From positions 100,440,001 through 100,504,000 of the forward strand of contig OX597823.1 of NCBI GenBank assembly GCA_951406725.2: a DNA stretch of 64,000 nt, given 5' to 3'. Below the pieces are notes generated by a model. That model was not told the DNA's origin, ran no database searches, and worked only from the letters and a program-made list of their open reading frames with translations. This DNA is from Octopus vulgaris. Lineage: Eukaryota. Positions 11,201 through 24,600 of the stretch are shown piece by piece (the first letter of the stretch is position 1; every line of letters begins with the position of its first letter). The translations under genes were made by a program, and so were the position numbers.

Positions 11201-14200
11201 TGACGAGTTAACTCGCCAGAGATAGAAAAAAACGATTTCGGTCAAAACTCATATATTCGTTTCTGTCGGGTTTCTATTGTTGTTTTTGCTGCTTCCTGGG
11301 AATTACCGGCTACGTCAGCTAGTAATATATAGTAGGAAACGGTTGAGAATATTGGTTGTTAAGGGGAGGCAATTCTTGATTTTACAAGTAATATTTAGGC
11401 GTCTGTATATATTTTTCAATTGGTTAAGACAGTTTAATCAGTATTGTTTATGTATTATATTATGTAATATATATGTATTGATGGATGGGCTGTATCCATA
11501 TCTATGCATGTGTAGCTACGAAAGGAACACTTATCTGTTTTAGTTATATATATGTATATATTGTATATGATTAATTGATTGATTGATTGATTCTAGTTTC
11601 AGCTTATGAGCTGTGGCCATGCTGGGGCACTGCCATTTGGTGTTGCTACTTGGTTTTACTTCACGAAAGCTTTTTAGCAACTGCCATTTGGTGCATGAGA
11701 GAGTTCGATGCAGCTGCCCTCATCTGCACCTCCTGCCGGGAAGTTGGTTCATCTGGGACACCTGACAGGAAGAGATCCAGTTTCATTTTAAAGACATCTG
11801 CATCTATCCCATGCAGGTCTCTCAGGTTCTTCGGGAGGATATTGAAGAGCTGTGGGCCTCGGAAGCCCAGGCTATCACAGTATCTTGTCCTACATCTTGA
11901 TGGCAAGTTTGGAGTCCTAGGCACCACACAGTGGCGCCCAGTTCTGGCATATGCGTAACTCTCGATGCCAAAGTTTAGGACACGTCCCTCCAGGATCTTC
12001 CAGATGTATATTATGGCATATCTTTCCCGCCTACGCTCCAAGGAATATAGTTTTAATCTCTTGAGTCTTTCCCAGTAGCTCACATTCTGCATAGAGGCTA
12101 TCTTCTTCGTGTAGCTACGTTGGATCGCCTCGAGCTCTGTGATCAACTTGACACTGGATGGTGACCATAACTGAGAGCAGTAGTCAAAGTGGCTTAGGAC
12201 AAGTGTCCTCCAGAGGACCATCATGGTTTCTTGTTCTCTTGTTCTGAAGGTTCTGAGGATCCATCCGGCCAGTCGTCTACATTTCATTGCCAATTTAGCA
12301 ACATGTACACGAAAGGTTGCGTCATCACTCATGTAAATACCTAGGTCATGCACTGATTGTGCCTCTGGGATTGCTATTCCTCCGGGTCCAGTGTATTCAT
12401 TGGGTATTGCATTTAGTTTTGCATGCTGATAGTATAAAGCTTGAAACTTTTCAGCATTGAACTGCATGCTATTCTTTTCAGCCCACTTGTATATTTTGTC
12501 CAGCTCACATTGCAGGCGTTTAGTGTCCTCAGGGTTCTGTATTGCCTGTGAAACTTTTGTATCATCTGCATAACTAGTGATCGTGGCTCTCTGCGTGGCT
12601 GAGGGCATGTCTGAGAGGGCCATTATGAACAGTAGTGGTCCCAGAACAGTGCCCTGTGGAACACCGCTCACTATTTGCGTGTTAATGGAAGTGGCCCCAT
12701 TGGCTACTACCACCTGACTTCTATCTTTCAGAAAGTCATGAAGCCATTCTCCCAGTTTTCCAACTATGTTGAGATCACGCAGTTTGTGACATATCATTCC
12801 ATGATCGACTTTATCAAAGGCCTTTGCAAAGTCGAGATATATCACTTCCACATTTGAGTGGTTGAGCAGCCGTTTCAGCACCCAGTCATAGTGTTGTAGG
12901 AGCTGAGTTAAACAGCTTCTCCCTGGTCGGAAACCATGTTGGGTGTCGGGCAGCAAGTCATTCTCTTCAAGGAAGGTGATCAGTTTCCTTATGACTATTC
13001 GTTCCATGACCTTGCTGATGTGTGAGGTCAGAGAGATAGGTCTGTAGTTCTTGGCCTCCGCTCTGCTACCTCCTTTATGAATGGGGCATATTTTACCTTC
13101 CTTCAGTTTTCTTGGAAGTTTGCCAGCTGCAAGGAAGCTCTGAAAGAGGAACTGCAGTGGTCTTGCTAGGACTCTCTTACATACTTTTAGGAGGATTGCC
13201 GGGAATCCATCGGGGCCAGTAGCTGAGTCTGTTTTCATTTCATCTATAGCCTTGATTACATTGTCTTCCTTTATATCGATGTAATCTATCGTCGCCGCCT
13301 CTGATTTTATATCTGCAGTGGTAAAGAAGTCAGTTGGATTGGTGATTTGGAGATGCCCAAGGGGTGGAGTGAAAACACTCTTGAATTGCTCATTCAGTAT
13401 TTCACTTACCCTCATCGGTTTTCCTGTAAGTGTGCCATCCTTTTCAAGGAGTGGCCCTATTCTACAGTGCACCGTAGCTGTTTCTTTGGCATACCTGTAG
13501 AAAGCTCTGGGGTTAGATTTTATGTTGTCTATAGCCCAGGCTTCTTTGTCTGCTCTTTCTTTTTCATGGGAGAGTTGCAGACATTTTTCAATTTCCAACA
13601 GTTTTATTTTTAGGCGGGACTTTTCACTGCTTTCAATCTGTTTGTTTAGGCGATTTGAAATTTTTGTACGCCGTCTCATTAAAATTTTCCTCTCTCTGGG
13701 GATTTTGTTCTTGTGTACAGTGGCCTTTCTCTCTGGGACGCATTTGTAGCATATGGCTTGCATTACAGACATGAATTGTTGAAGTTTCACGTCGATGTCT
13801 GGCGAGGAGAGACATTTAGGCCAGTTTTGTTTGAGGATCTCTTTCTCAATTTGTTTCCAGTTTGCCTTATGGTAGTTCAAGCTGGAAAGATTCTGAGGGT
13901 TTCTTGTAGGCTGCATGTCCGTGCTCTCTTTTGGCCCGTACATGGTCAGCTCTATCATGTTGTGATCCGAGAGTAGTGTCGGTGTCACTTTCACATTATG
14001 GATGAGATCCATGTCATTTGTGAAGCAGAGATCCAGTGTGTTACCTGCCCTGGTTGGTTGGAGTATTACCTGCTCCATGTACAGGGTGTTGATGAGGTTC
14101 AGGAGGGACCTCGCCTGTCCTCGTTCACATCTTGTCATTCCTGGGAGAGAAAGGCCCTCGGGCCATCTGACATTGGGTAGATTGAAATCTCCCATAAGAA

Positions 14201-15620
14201 GTACACTTATGTGTTGTTCTAATGTGATTAGAACTTCTTCTGTTTTTATAAGGCAGTCTTCAAACTTGCCCACATGGCTTGGGGCAATTGGAGGGTGATA
14301 TGTAGCACACACAACTACATCAAGTTGCCTTATATGTACAATTAGTGTGTCACACACCGAGTTTGAGTATGACAGAAGGACCTGGGGTGTGAGGTCCTCA
14401 CGGATGTACATAGCAGCTCCTCCATGACTCCTTTCTTTTCTGTCGGTCCGTAGTACAACATACTGTGGTATGTGTAACTCCGCATCTGCTATGTCCGGTT
14501 TCAGGTGCGTTTCCGTAAGTGCTATGCATAAGGCTTGATTGCATGCAACAAAGTCTCTCAAGAACGGGATTTTTGTCCTGTTACTGAGTGTTTGCAGCCC
14601 TCTGATGTTCAGTAGGAGCATCGAGGTGAGGTGTATGTTGTTGCCGGCGGTGTCCATCCTGGGTCTGTTTGCTGTGGTGGTCTTGTATATAGTGGGTAGT
14701 CCCATCTGTGGGCTTGGGTTTGATGAAGCCAGGTCAGCTGCTGTACAATCTTTTGTGCCATGCACAAAAAAGATTGCTGCTCAGCAGCTGCCCTTTCGGC
14801 AACATCATGTTGGCGGTTTGTGGCACGCACAACATCTGCGTACCTCCGCTTTGGGGCAGGTGGTGCGTGGTCCATCCCTTTTCTTTGTGTTGATGGTTTG
14901 TCCATCTGCCTCGTGTCTCTGTGGCAGGGTCCCCGATGTGCAAAGCGGCAGCCTGCACCTTCCTTTCCATGCCAGCAGGTACCTCTCAGGTAGAACCTAC
15001 GCACCCGTGTGCGCTGTTTGTTTCCATCCTTTGCGGTTCCACTTCTATTCCTGGTTGTTTCACCCCTTGGTCCTGCTTGAGCTTTTCCTTTATCTCTTTC
15101 AGTCCTTCTTTTAGTTCTTCCTCCCCCCTCTACCTCTTCACCGGGTTCTCCGTCTCCATGGCCCTTACTGCCGGTTGGAGAACTTGCACCTGGGTTCACT
15201 TCCCAGGCAGGTTTCTCACTCAAAACCTCCTCCCAGGCGTCCACCAGGTGGGGGTGACTTCTTTCATCGTCTCCATTCTTGCCATCTTTGCCCCGCTCGT
15301 TCTCAAAGATGGCATCAAGTGTGCCAATGTGCGACCGTACAAGCGCATAGGAGCGCACGAATTCCCGTCTCTTTCGCTATATATATAATATATATTTTTA
15401 TGTGAATGATAATAAATAAAGTGACTTATATAGTTTTTCAGATAACATGAAAGAGGGGTGGTGAAATGGAAGATGGAATCTAGAAAAATATTGTGTATAT
15501 ATATGCATATGCATGTATATCATGCCATGCCTATTGTCACACATATAGGTACTTGTAAATCAACATATGTGCATACACGGATGTATTTGTATATACACAA
15601 ACAGCCATATAGATACAGAT

Positions 15621-15654
<34 letters not shown>

Positions 15655-18600
15655 GTACAGTTATAGAAAGAAAAATAAGGATGTACCTATATAAGAGTAA
15701 AAAGTGAATAGTTAGTTGTTATATAAGGAGGGTGTTTAAAAATAATAAAATGAATATACAGTACTGTTTCTACTCCACAGATTTTCATCTATTGCCGAGG
15801 GAGGTGGTGTTGGAACGTAACACCTGTGATAGTTGAGGGATTACTTATATATATATATATATATTTGTATGAATATAAAATTATAAATTGATAGAATTTA
15901 TTGGAAATTGTTATTTAACAATTGTATTGCAGCTTCATAAAAATGTGTGGATAATTTATCTATACATGTTTATTAAGCTCCAATTAATTGTCAGGAATTT
16001 CTAGTGGTTAAATAAATTTTATCAGAGTATATTTCTCTATTTATAATTTTATACACTTCTTGTGTTTTCCTCTTGTATTGTACTCCATATTCTATGTGTT
16101 TTGTAGAATAAAACATTAAAGAACTTTTTTTTCAGTGTACCACTGGATTGGTTGAATCTGTACATTGTGACTTAATTTTATATATATATATATATATCAA
16201 ATGTGCCCGGTTTTAAGGTTTGTTATTCATTTTCTAGGATTTATTTGCCCTGTTCACACCCCAGATGGTGCACCCTGTGGTTTACTGAATCATTTGACCA
16301 TTGGATGCCAGGTACCTTTCTCTTTTAATATTTGTTTACATCCATTTTTAAAAAAATCTATATACAAACTAAATCCAGGGTTTATTTTGCGATTTTTAGA
16401 TTTGGAGAAATAATTCCGAATGGAAAAGACTTCATTACAATGTTAAGTTAGTTAAGTTAATTTTTTGGCTCAAAAAGCAAAAAGCAAGGCCATGTAGGGG
16501 GACATGGAGTTATGTACAGGGAGGGTGTTCATGCAAAGAGTTCAGGCCATTTCTGGTCAAGAGAGACTTTGAACCGAGCGGTCGTCGGCATCTTCACCAT
16601 CTCATCCGGCAGCTTATTCCACGGATCTGTAACCCGAACAGAGAAGGCCCCTCTCCTTCGATTGAGATGAAATCGTCGCAGATAGAGCTTTTCGGAGTGA
16701 CCCCACAGCCGACGCCCTGGAGCAGGAGTGAAGAACAGCTCTTTCAAGAGGTTACACTTTCTGCTTATGATGTTGTGAGCAAGAATGAGATCACCATGTC
16801 GTCGTCTTTTTTCTAGAGAATAAAGGTCGAGCGTCTTCTGCCTTTCTTCATAAGACAAATGCTTGAGACCAAGAACCATGCGGGTAGCCAGCTTCTGGAC
16901 TCTTTCGAGATGCTGTATATCTTTGAGGAGATAAGGAGAAGAGGCTTGAATCCCGTACTCCAATATGGGTCTCACCAGCGTGACATAGAGCGGTAGGAAT
17001 ATGGCTGCTGTGAGCATTACGAATGACCGTCGAATCAAAAACAGAACTCCGCGTGCTTTGTTGGCAGTATGGACGCACTGGGCCGAAGGCGAAAAGGAAG
17101 AATCCACCAAGATACCCAGGTCCTTTACCTGGTTGGTCCTCTCCAGCAGCAGACGACCCGGCTCGAAATCAAGTTGAGTTGCAGGGGAAGAGCCAACAGG
17201 CAGATGGCAGCACTTTGACACGTTCAGGCACAGGTCCCATTCGTTAGACCATCTCCAAACTAGGTGGAGGCATCGACAAAGATCATCTATATCACCGCGA
17301 GGAGCGACCAGTTTGACATCGTCGGCAAATAGAAGGGTGTGTTGTGTGAGGTCGCCGGGCAAGTCATTGATGAAGACTAAAAACAATAACGGCCCAAGCA
17401 CTGAACCTTGAGGCACGCCACTGCTCGCACTGGAGACGTCGGACAGCGAACCATTAACTTGGACTTGGAAGGAGCAATCTGAGAGGAAGGCACCAACCCA
17501 TCGTACAATATCCGGATGGAAACTATATGCTTGAAGCTTGACAAGTAATAGGCGGTGGTTTACCAAGTCAAAAGCTTTGGCAAAGTCCAATAAAACGATG
17601 TCAACAGCATCACCATCATCGAGGATACGCGTCACCAATTCTTCCATTACCAGTAAGTTGGTCAAGCATGATCTCTTCAGCACAAAGCTGTGTTGGGAAT
17701 CAGAGATAGAGGCTGTGTCTTGGAGGTGAAGCAACATACTTTAGAAGTGTTAAAGGTTCGCAGATGACCGGAGCCAACACTTTGATAACTTGTGGGTGTA
17801 TGCCGTCAGGGCCATGACCCTTGTTGACATCGAGTCCTTGAATAATGCATTCGACTTCGTCCCGCGTGATGACCAATCTAGGCATTGGAGGTACCGATCT
17901 ATCAAATGGAGGGGGTTCACGACCATCATCTTGTTTGAAAATAGTTGAAAAAGCCTCAGCAAATAACTGACTCTGCTGATAAGGGTCCAGAAGTGCGGAA
18001 GCCTCGGTTAGAATTTCAAGATTGATTGCAGAGAAGACTACGTGGCAGCGAAGTAGTCGTGGGCGTAGAAAAAGTTGTGTGCATGTCGAACTTCAGGACC
18101 GCATGATCACTCTTGGCAAGAGGGGTGCACACAGATAAGCCTGACACTGATCTTGGATTGTGGGAGAATACCAGATCCAGCATAGATGGCTGCTGCCCAG
18201 ACCGATGCCTTCTTGGGTATTCAACATGTTGCAATAGAAAATAATCTTCAGCCACGTCAGGCCTGGCCGAATCGGGAAGATGATGTACAAATTGATGCGG
18301 GCCAGTCGATCATGGGAGCTTTGAAGTCTCCTAATATCAAACAGTCATGAGAAGCTGAAACGAATCTTATCGCTTCGAGTAAATGAGCATCGTCCTGGGG
18401 GTCGGCAAGAGGCGGCCTGTAGACAGCTAACATGGGCAGGCAAAACCCGGATAGGCTCAGCTTGCAATAGACGGCATTGAATTTTGTTGTATGTTGAGCA
18501 TTAGTGGCTAGAATACAGCTGGACGGTTTGAGATCAGATTTGACATCCACAGCAACACCTCCACTTCGCCTTTTTTCTCTGTCACATCTGAAGAGGGCGT

Positions 18601-21600
18601 AGCCCTGTAGGTGGATTTCCGAGTCCTTTACTGCTGGAGTCAGCCAAGTCTCAGTGATAGCTATTACATCTGGGGAATCACGCATGGCCAGTGTAAATAA
18701 TTCGCTGAACTTTGGAAATAAGGAGCACGAGTTGGTATAGACGATGCTGAGCTGTGAAGTTTGAGGGGCGGGAATTAGGGAACAAGCAGAATAAAGGGTA
18801 TCGAGATAGCATCGTTGTCGGGGGTATCTACTTTACTTTGATTCGCCCTCAGTTCACTTTCCCTGTCAGCACTACAGCATGCGACCAGAGGTAGGACTTG
18901 ATTAGTTGTCCATCTTGGATGCGTAAACCTTTCTCTCCCATCTGTTTTCTCATCTTCAGTTCGGATATTAGGTTTCTCCGGCGAATTCTCTCTCTCAGTG
19001 AGTATTCCTCGTGAAAACCCATATTGGGTCCTCCCAGGCATGCTTCTGAGCTCTGTTCAGAAAGGTTGAAGCCTCCTGATCGGAAGAAAAGATTACTCTT
19101 ATTGGGCGTGGTCTAGTGTCTGAGGTTGAGTTCACTTGGAATCTTCCTAGCCGAGCGACCTTGTGGATACTGACATTTTCGTTGACAGAGAACAATTCTC
19201 CAACTAAAACGGAAACAAAATTTATGTCATCTTTTAGGCGGTTTGTGCCTGTATCACAGGTGGATTCAGCTTTACCATAAATGATTGCTGATCTTGACTG
19301 GGCAAAATGGTCTTTCTGTTCTCTACTGTGAACTGTGGCATTCGATTCTTCATCGGATAATTTAGAAAGGGCGGTTCCGTAGCCATCAAACTTATGTAGG
19401 CCTTTGGGGTCGATCGGAATGGGTTTAGTGGTCATAACTTTCCCGCCTGGCTTGGAACTGCACTGCCTCTTGTTCGTTTTGGAGGAGCACCACTCCCCAG
19501 ATGACCTCACATCAAGATCATTCAGAATTGGTTGAGCAATGGCATTGATGGGAAGGACAAATGAGGGAGAATCCAAACAGATTTTATCTTGAGCAGGTTT
19601 CACAGCTAAATCTGCCCCACTGGAGTTTTGACTACGTTTCTTCTTTTTGGGAGAACAACGGTCTTCAGGTGGGTTTGAGTCTACGCTCCTCAATTCAGGT
19701 TGGGGAACCCCCGGGACCGAAATGGCAGATGAGGAAGAATCTGCACAGATACAATCATGAGTGGAAGCGACCGCCAGTTCCTTCGCCTTCTTTGGCCGCT
19801 TCGATTATGATCCCTTCAGTTTTGACGTCTTTAGGGAAGAAATCAAGGGTGGCTCTGCGTCAATAGGAGACTTCGAATGGGATTCAGCCTGTTTATTCAG
19901 TAAATGAGCAACAACAGACTTTAGGTGCTTGACCTCTTGTTTGAGCAACAGCAACTGCTCTTTGAGATGTCTGTTAGTAAGACCATCTTCCTGATTTCAG
20001 GGCCCCCATGTGAAAGCCTGATATCACCGATCGCCTCACCAACTGAATTCTCCAAAATATGATCAGCAGAGCGAGCCCTTTTCGCAGATCTCAGTTTCGA
20101 TTTGTAGGTAGCTGAGCCAGGCTTGGACAACATGATAGATGGTTGACAAAAACAATCTTCTATAGCTGCCAGGGGCTCTTGGACAAATCTGAGTTAAAAG
20201 CAGGAACAAAAACAGCTGCAATCCTTGTAGGCGTAGGCAACCGCAGACAAAATCTGAGAAAGTTTGGGCTGAACCGAATCACAATCCAAGACTGAAAGCA
20301 GACTGTGAAACGAGTCAGGAACCCTTCTTCGTTATCTGTAAGTAGCTTTAGGATAAGGAATAGTAGGTCCAACTTTAGAATATTGATATGCATGTAAAAT
20401 GCTCCACACAGTTAAATATCATTTGTTGTGCCATTTAGTAACTCAATATTTGCGCCTGCGTATGTTTGTATATGTGTGAATAAATGTGTTTATGTGCGAG
20501 AAGGCTCATGTTTTTGTCTTTCGTTAATTTAATTTAATTATTTCTCACGTTTTTCCCTTTTAAAATATTTTGTAAAAGTAATTTATACGCTGGAGAGGGC
20601 GCTGAAGGTTTGTTTTTACTGTAAATTCTCTTTTCTCCCAACAAAGAAAAAAAGAGAGGGATTTTTCATTGGTGCCACCGGTATAATTCAGACACAGGAA
20701 AAAACATCTCGATGTCACCGTTAACTTGTATGTTTCTAATTGTAGCAGTAGTGGTTATTTCTGATAGCAGCAGTGGTAGTAGCTGTAGCAGCAACTACTA
20801 CTTTTTATAAAGTGGGATGAAGTCCGATCGGTCAAAAAGAGTTCAAATGTCTACTATATTGTTGATGGAACTTGCGAACAGTGACCTTGACTTTGAGAAA
20901 AATCAAGGAGGGGCTGACTATGAACAGTATTTGTGAATAGAGTCAAGTACAATCAGAGAGAATCTATAATTAGCATCATTTTTTTCCTTCTTTTTCTCCA
21001 CGTGTTTATTTCCGTGATTGCAATAAAAAGTATGTTTGCATATTTTGGATAGTCAAGAAGAAAATTAAGGTTAGCAGGTGCTTACTTTCATAATTTTAAC
21101 GTGCATTTAATTGTGTTGTTACAATAAAAGGCATTTTTACATATTCTGATAGTCAAGGAAGAGGGGACGACAAAATGTTCACACAAAATTGGAGATATTT
21201 ATGTTTCTAGGATTTTTTGTTAGGTGTTCGTTTGTTTGTCCAAAACTGTAAATTTGTAAGTCCTTAACTTATTTTGAGGGAAATTCAAACTAAGTAGATC
21301 TTCCAGGTTTTTTACAGTTGTTTATCAGTAGTCCTGCTGGGTTGTATTTGTGTTTCTGTGTCTTCAGCTGCTGACAGGTTGGAGCAGCAAAAAACACTAT
21401 CTACATGTTTGTAAGAAAGGGGAGGTTTACAATGTGTTTATATGATTTTGCAATACTTGCCTATGCTGTCTTCATACTTATTTGGTAGTTGGGAACTGTA
21501 TGAAACTAGTCATACATACATACAATACGTCTTCAGCAGCATTCCAGTGCCTGCTTTTCATGCTTGCATGGGTTGGACAGATTTCATTGGGGCATATTTT

Positions 21601-24600
21601 CTGTGACTGGATACTCTTCCTGTAACCAACCCTTGCAAAGCTAATATTTTCCCAAATATTGGACATGTCTTCCTTGAAGGCTGAAAATGAAGGACAGTGC
21701 TTATATGACTACTGTCAAGACAAGGAGATGCAAACACACATACCAGGCTTCTCTCAGTTCCTCTCTGTCACTCTGCTGCTCTCTTGGTTTTGGTCAACCC
21801 AAGGCTAAAAGAAAACACTTCTGTAAGGTTCAGTACTGTAGGACTGAACCTGAAACTGTGGTTGGAAAGTGAACTTCTTAAAGCAAGGCAACCATATCTG
21901 GACCTGTATGTGTTTGGAGTGGCAGTCATTACAGTGCTGGATTGCTTTGTAGTTTATTCTTCCAGCTCTCTGCACTCTGACTTCAAATCCTACCAGAGTC
22001 AACTTTGTCCTTCTTCCTGCTGAGATTGACAAAAAAGTTCCAACCCAAGGCGGATTGGTAGAACTATAAGTACCTAGGACTAGATACCTTGTGTTGTTTG
22101 TTCCAGTTATATGTGTTCAAAATTCTCCACTGACACCTGACATCCTATAAAGGAATATGAATGGACAACTCAATTTGTGCTACACATATTTCCATAGCAT
22201 GGCTGTTTATTCATCAATGCTGAATATTACATAATATACCAGTCTGCAAGAAGAAAAGTTTGCAAAAAAATATATAACGAATTCAAGAAGTGTTTTAGAA
22301 AATTAAGAAGATAAGACAAGCACCTCTGTTGGGGAAGGGGCTGGTTTGAATTACAGACCATCTAACAGTTTTATTTGCTCAGAACAGCAGTGGTAGTGGT
22401 GACAGCAGCTGCTGTTTCAAATATGTTTGTACCATAAGTGTGGGAATGGAATTTGCTTAGTGGGTGCAGACCCAGTTTTTCAGGAGGGTGTTTAAAGGAT
22501 TTTCATTGGCCCCAAATATTTTAGGGGGTGTGCTTGTACTTTTGGCATACATACGTGTGTGAATGTTGACATTTTACTTGTCACTGGGTGAAGTCATGTG
22601 AATGTCAACATACTTTGTTGCAATTGTGACCTTTTGCTCTATACTTCTGAAGATCTGTGCTATTTAAAAATCACTTGAATAAAAAAGAAAAAAATGCAGG
22701 TGAAAATTGGTGACTGGAAGAGCATCCAACCATAAAATCCTTTCTCAAGATCAAACCCTATCCAAAGGATTAAAAAAGAAATGAATTTTAGGAGTAATGG
22801 AGAACCAAAATAGCTTTGTCACACTATCTGGTTAGTGTTAATAAATTTGATCTTACAGACCTAGTCTTTATAATTAGTGTTTCTCTAAAAATAATTTCTG
22901 TTCTTTTTTTTTTCTCTTAGATTGTAAATACGTTGTATGATTTGTCAAGTTTTCCTGAATTGCTTGGTTCTTTGGGCGTGCTGTCCATTGGTGATAAAAG
23001 GGACATCTCCTATCAGGAGTACTACACTGTTATGCTGAATGGTCAGATATTAGGATATATTCATCAAGACGAAGCTTACGTTTTGTGCAATAAACTCCGT
23101 GCATTGAAGCTGGATCCTTCAAGCAAGGTAAGATGTTAAAGCCTCGGCTGTTTTAAGAATTAAAACTCAAATTCTTTTTTTTGGTGGGGGGGGGGGCATA
23201 AATGGCCTTGATAGCACTGTACAGCATCTTGGAGTTGTTGGTGTCAGTGTAGAGTTGCACTTCTTCAGCTTTCTGCTCCCACCATCTGTCTTTCATGCTG
23301 TGAAGCTGTCTAGACTCTGGTTTGACAGTCCCTCTATCTGTTGCACCATGTGGGAAAGAAAATGCTAAAGATGTCATGCAGTAGGACTGAACCTGAAACC
23401 ACATGGTCTCATGGTTCAATTCTTAATTACACATTCACGTTTTCACCTGTGTTTCTAACTTTGTTTTTTACTTTTTCTCAACTAGGTTCCAGTGACATTA
23501 GAAATTTGTTTTGTTCCAAAGACAGAAAATGTCAGCTTGTATCCGGGCGTCTATTTATTCTCAGGTGTTTCACGTTTAGTGCGGCCAGTACTTAATTTAA
23601 CTTGGAACAAGTTAGAAATGATTGGAACTTTTGAACAGATTTACCTGGATATTGCTGTGAATGCTGATAGCATTCATGATGGGGTAAGTGACAAGGAATT
23701 TCCCAAGTAATATCTTACGGAATGGAATCTCTTTAGTTTTTATTGTAAACTTCCAAATAGTCACCATTGCTTTTCCTTTATATGTATGTGTGTTTTAGTA
23801 AATTGTGTATGTGTGTGCATGTGCACATGTGTATATAAAGTGGTCAGCATTAAGGAAGAGCATCTAGCCATAGAAACCATGCCAAAGCTGACAGCAGAGC
23901 TTGGCACTGTCATCTGACTGACCAGTTCCTGTTGGACTGTCCTACCCATGCCAGCATAGGAAACAGATGTTAAATGATGATGATAAGTTTCTCAGCCTCA
24001 AACAGGCGAACTAATAGTATTGCTATAGGAGCCACGTGTTTCCTCTTTCCCTAGCCACTATGCTATTGTGTGCATAGAGTATTTCTATTCCATTAGCAAC
24101 ACCACATTGTATCTGTGTCAAGATATTTAACAGTAATAATAATGCAATTCATCTATTTGTGTATAGTTAATGCAGGGAATGACTATCTCAACACTATAAA
24201 CAGTAGTGCTTTGTTAGTCTGTAGTGTCTTGTTTCAATTTGTCTTAGTGTTCACCAATGAATTCAACCTGTGTTTATAATTTAAACACGGTCAGAGTCTA
24301 ATCTAGTTTGCCCTAGATACATTACATATTGAGGTTTTATACAGTGTCCATAACCTCTCCAGGCCCTTCCTAATTTGGTTAGGTCAATGATGTTGATGTC
24401 CAGTTTGAATATCTGTATGTTAGCTTGTACTTGAAATAATTGTGCAAGGAGGAACTTAAACAGGGATATTGGTCAGTGTGGGATCTGAGTCATGAAACAT
24501 AGTAGAGCTTATGAAAAGAGAAGCATGTATTGGACTAGGCTTGTTAATTCAGAGGAACATTGTACAACCATGGCTTCAAATAGAAGAGACAGCATGTTTT

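Larger units (their letters stand above)
11568..15377 (-). mobile_element. CR1-group non-LTR retrotransposon, probably 5'-truncated, with intact ORF2
   Basis: ORF1 remnant 14609-15358, ORF2 11661-14765, short 3' UTR and (ATCA)n tail; flanked by (TA)n-rich sequence. Confidence 0.93.

Noticed and set aside
10547-11366. Complete piggyBac-like element
   Set aside because: The left TTAA|CCCCTTA end and an imperfect right TIR are visible, but the right TTAA is missing and there is no transposase signal.
16442-20390. Horizontal transfer of the second LINE, suggested by higher GC than its flanks
   Set aside because: Higher GC is normal for TE coding sequence, and the claim cannot be supported without an RT phylogeny.
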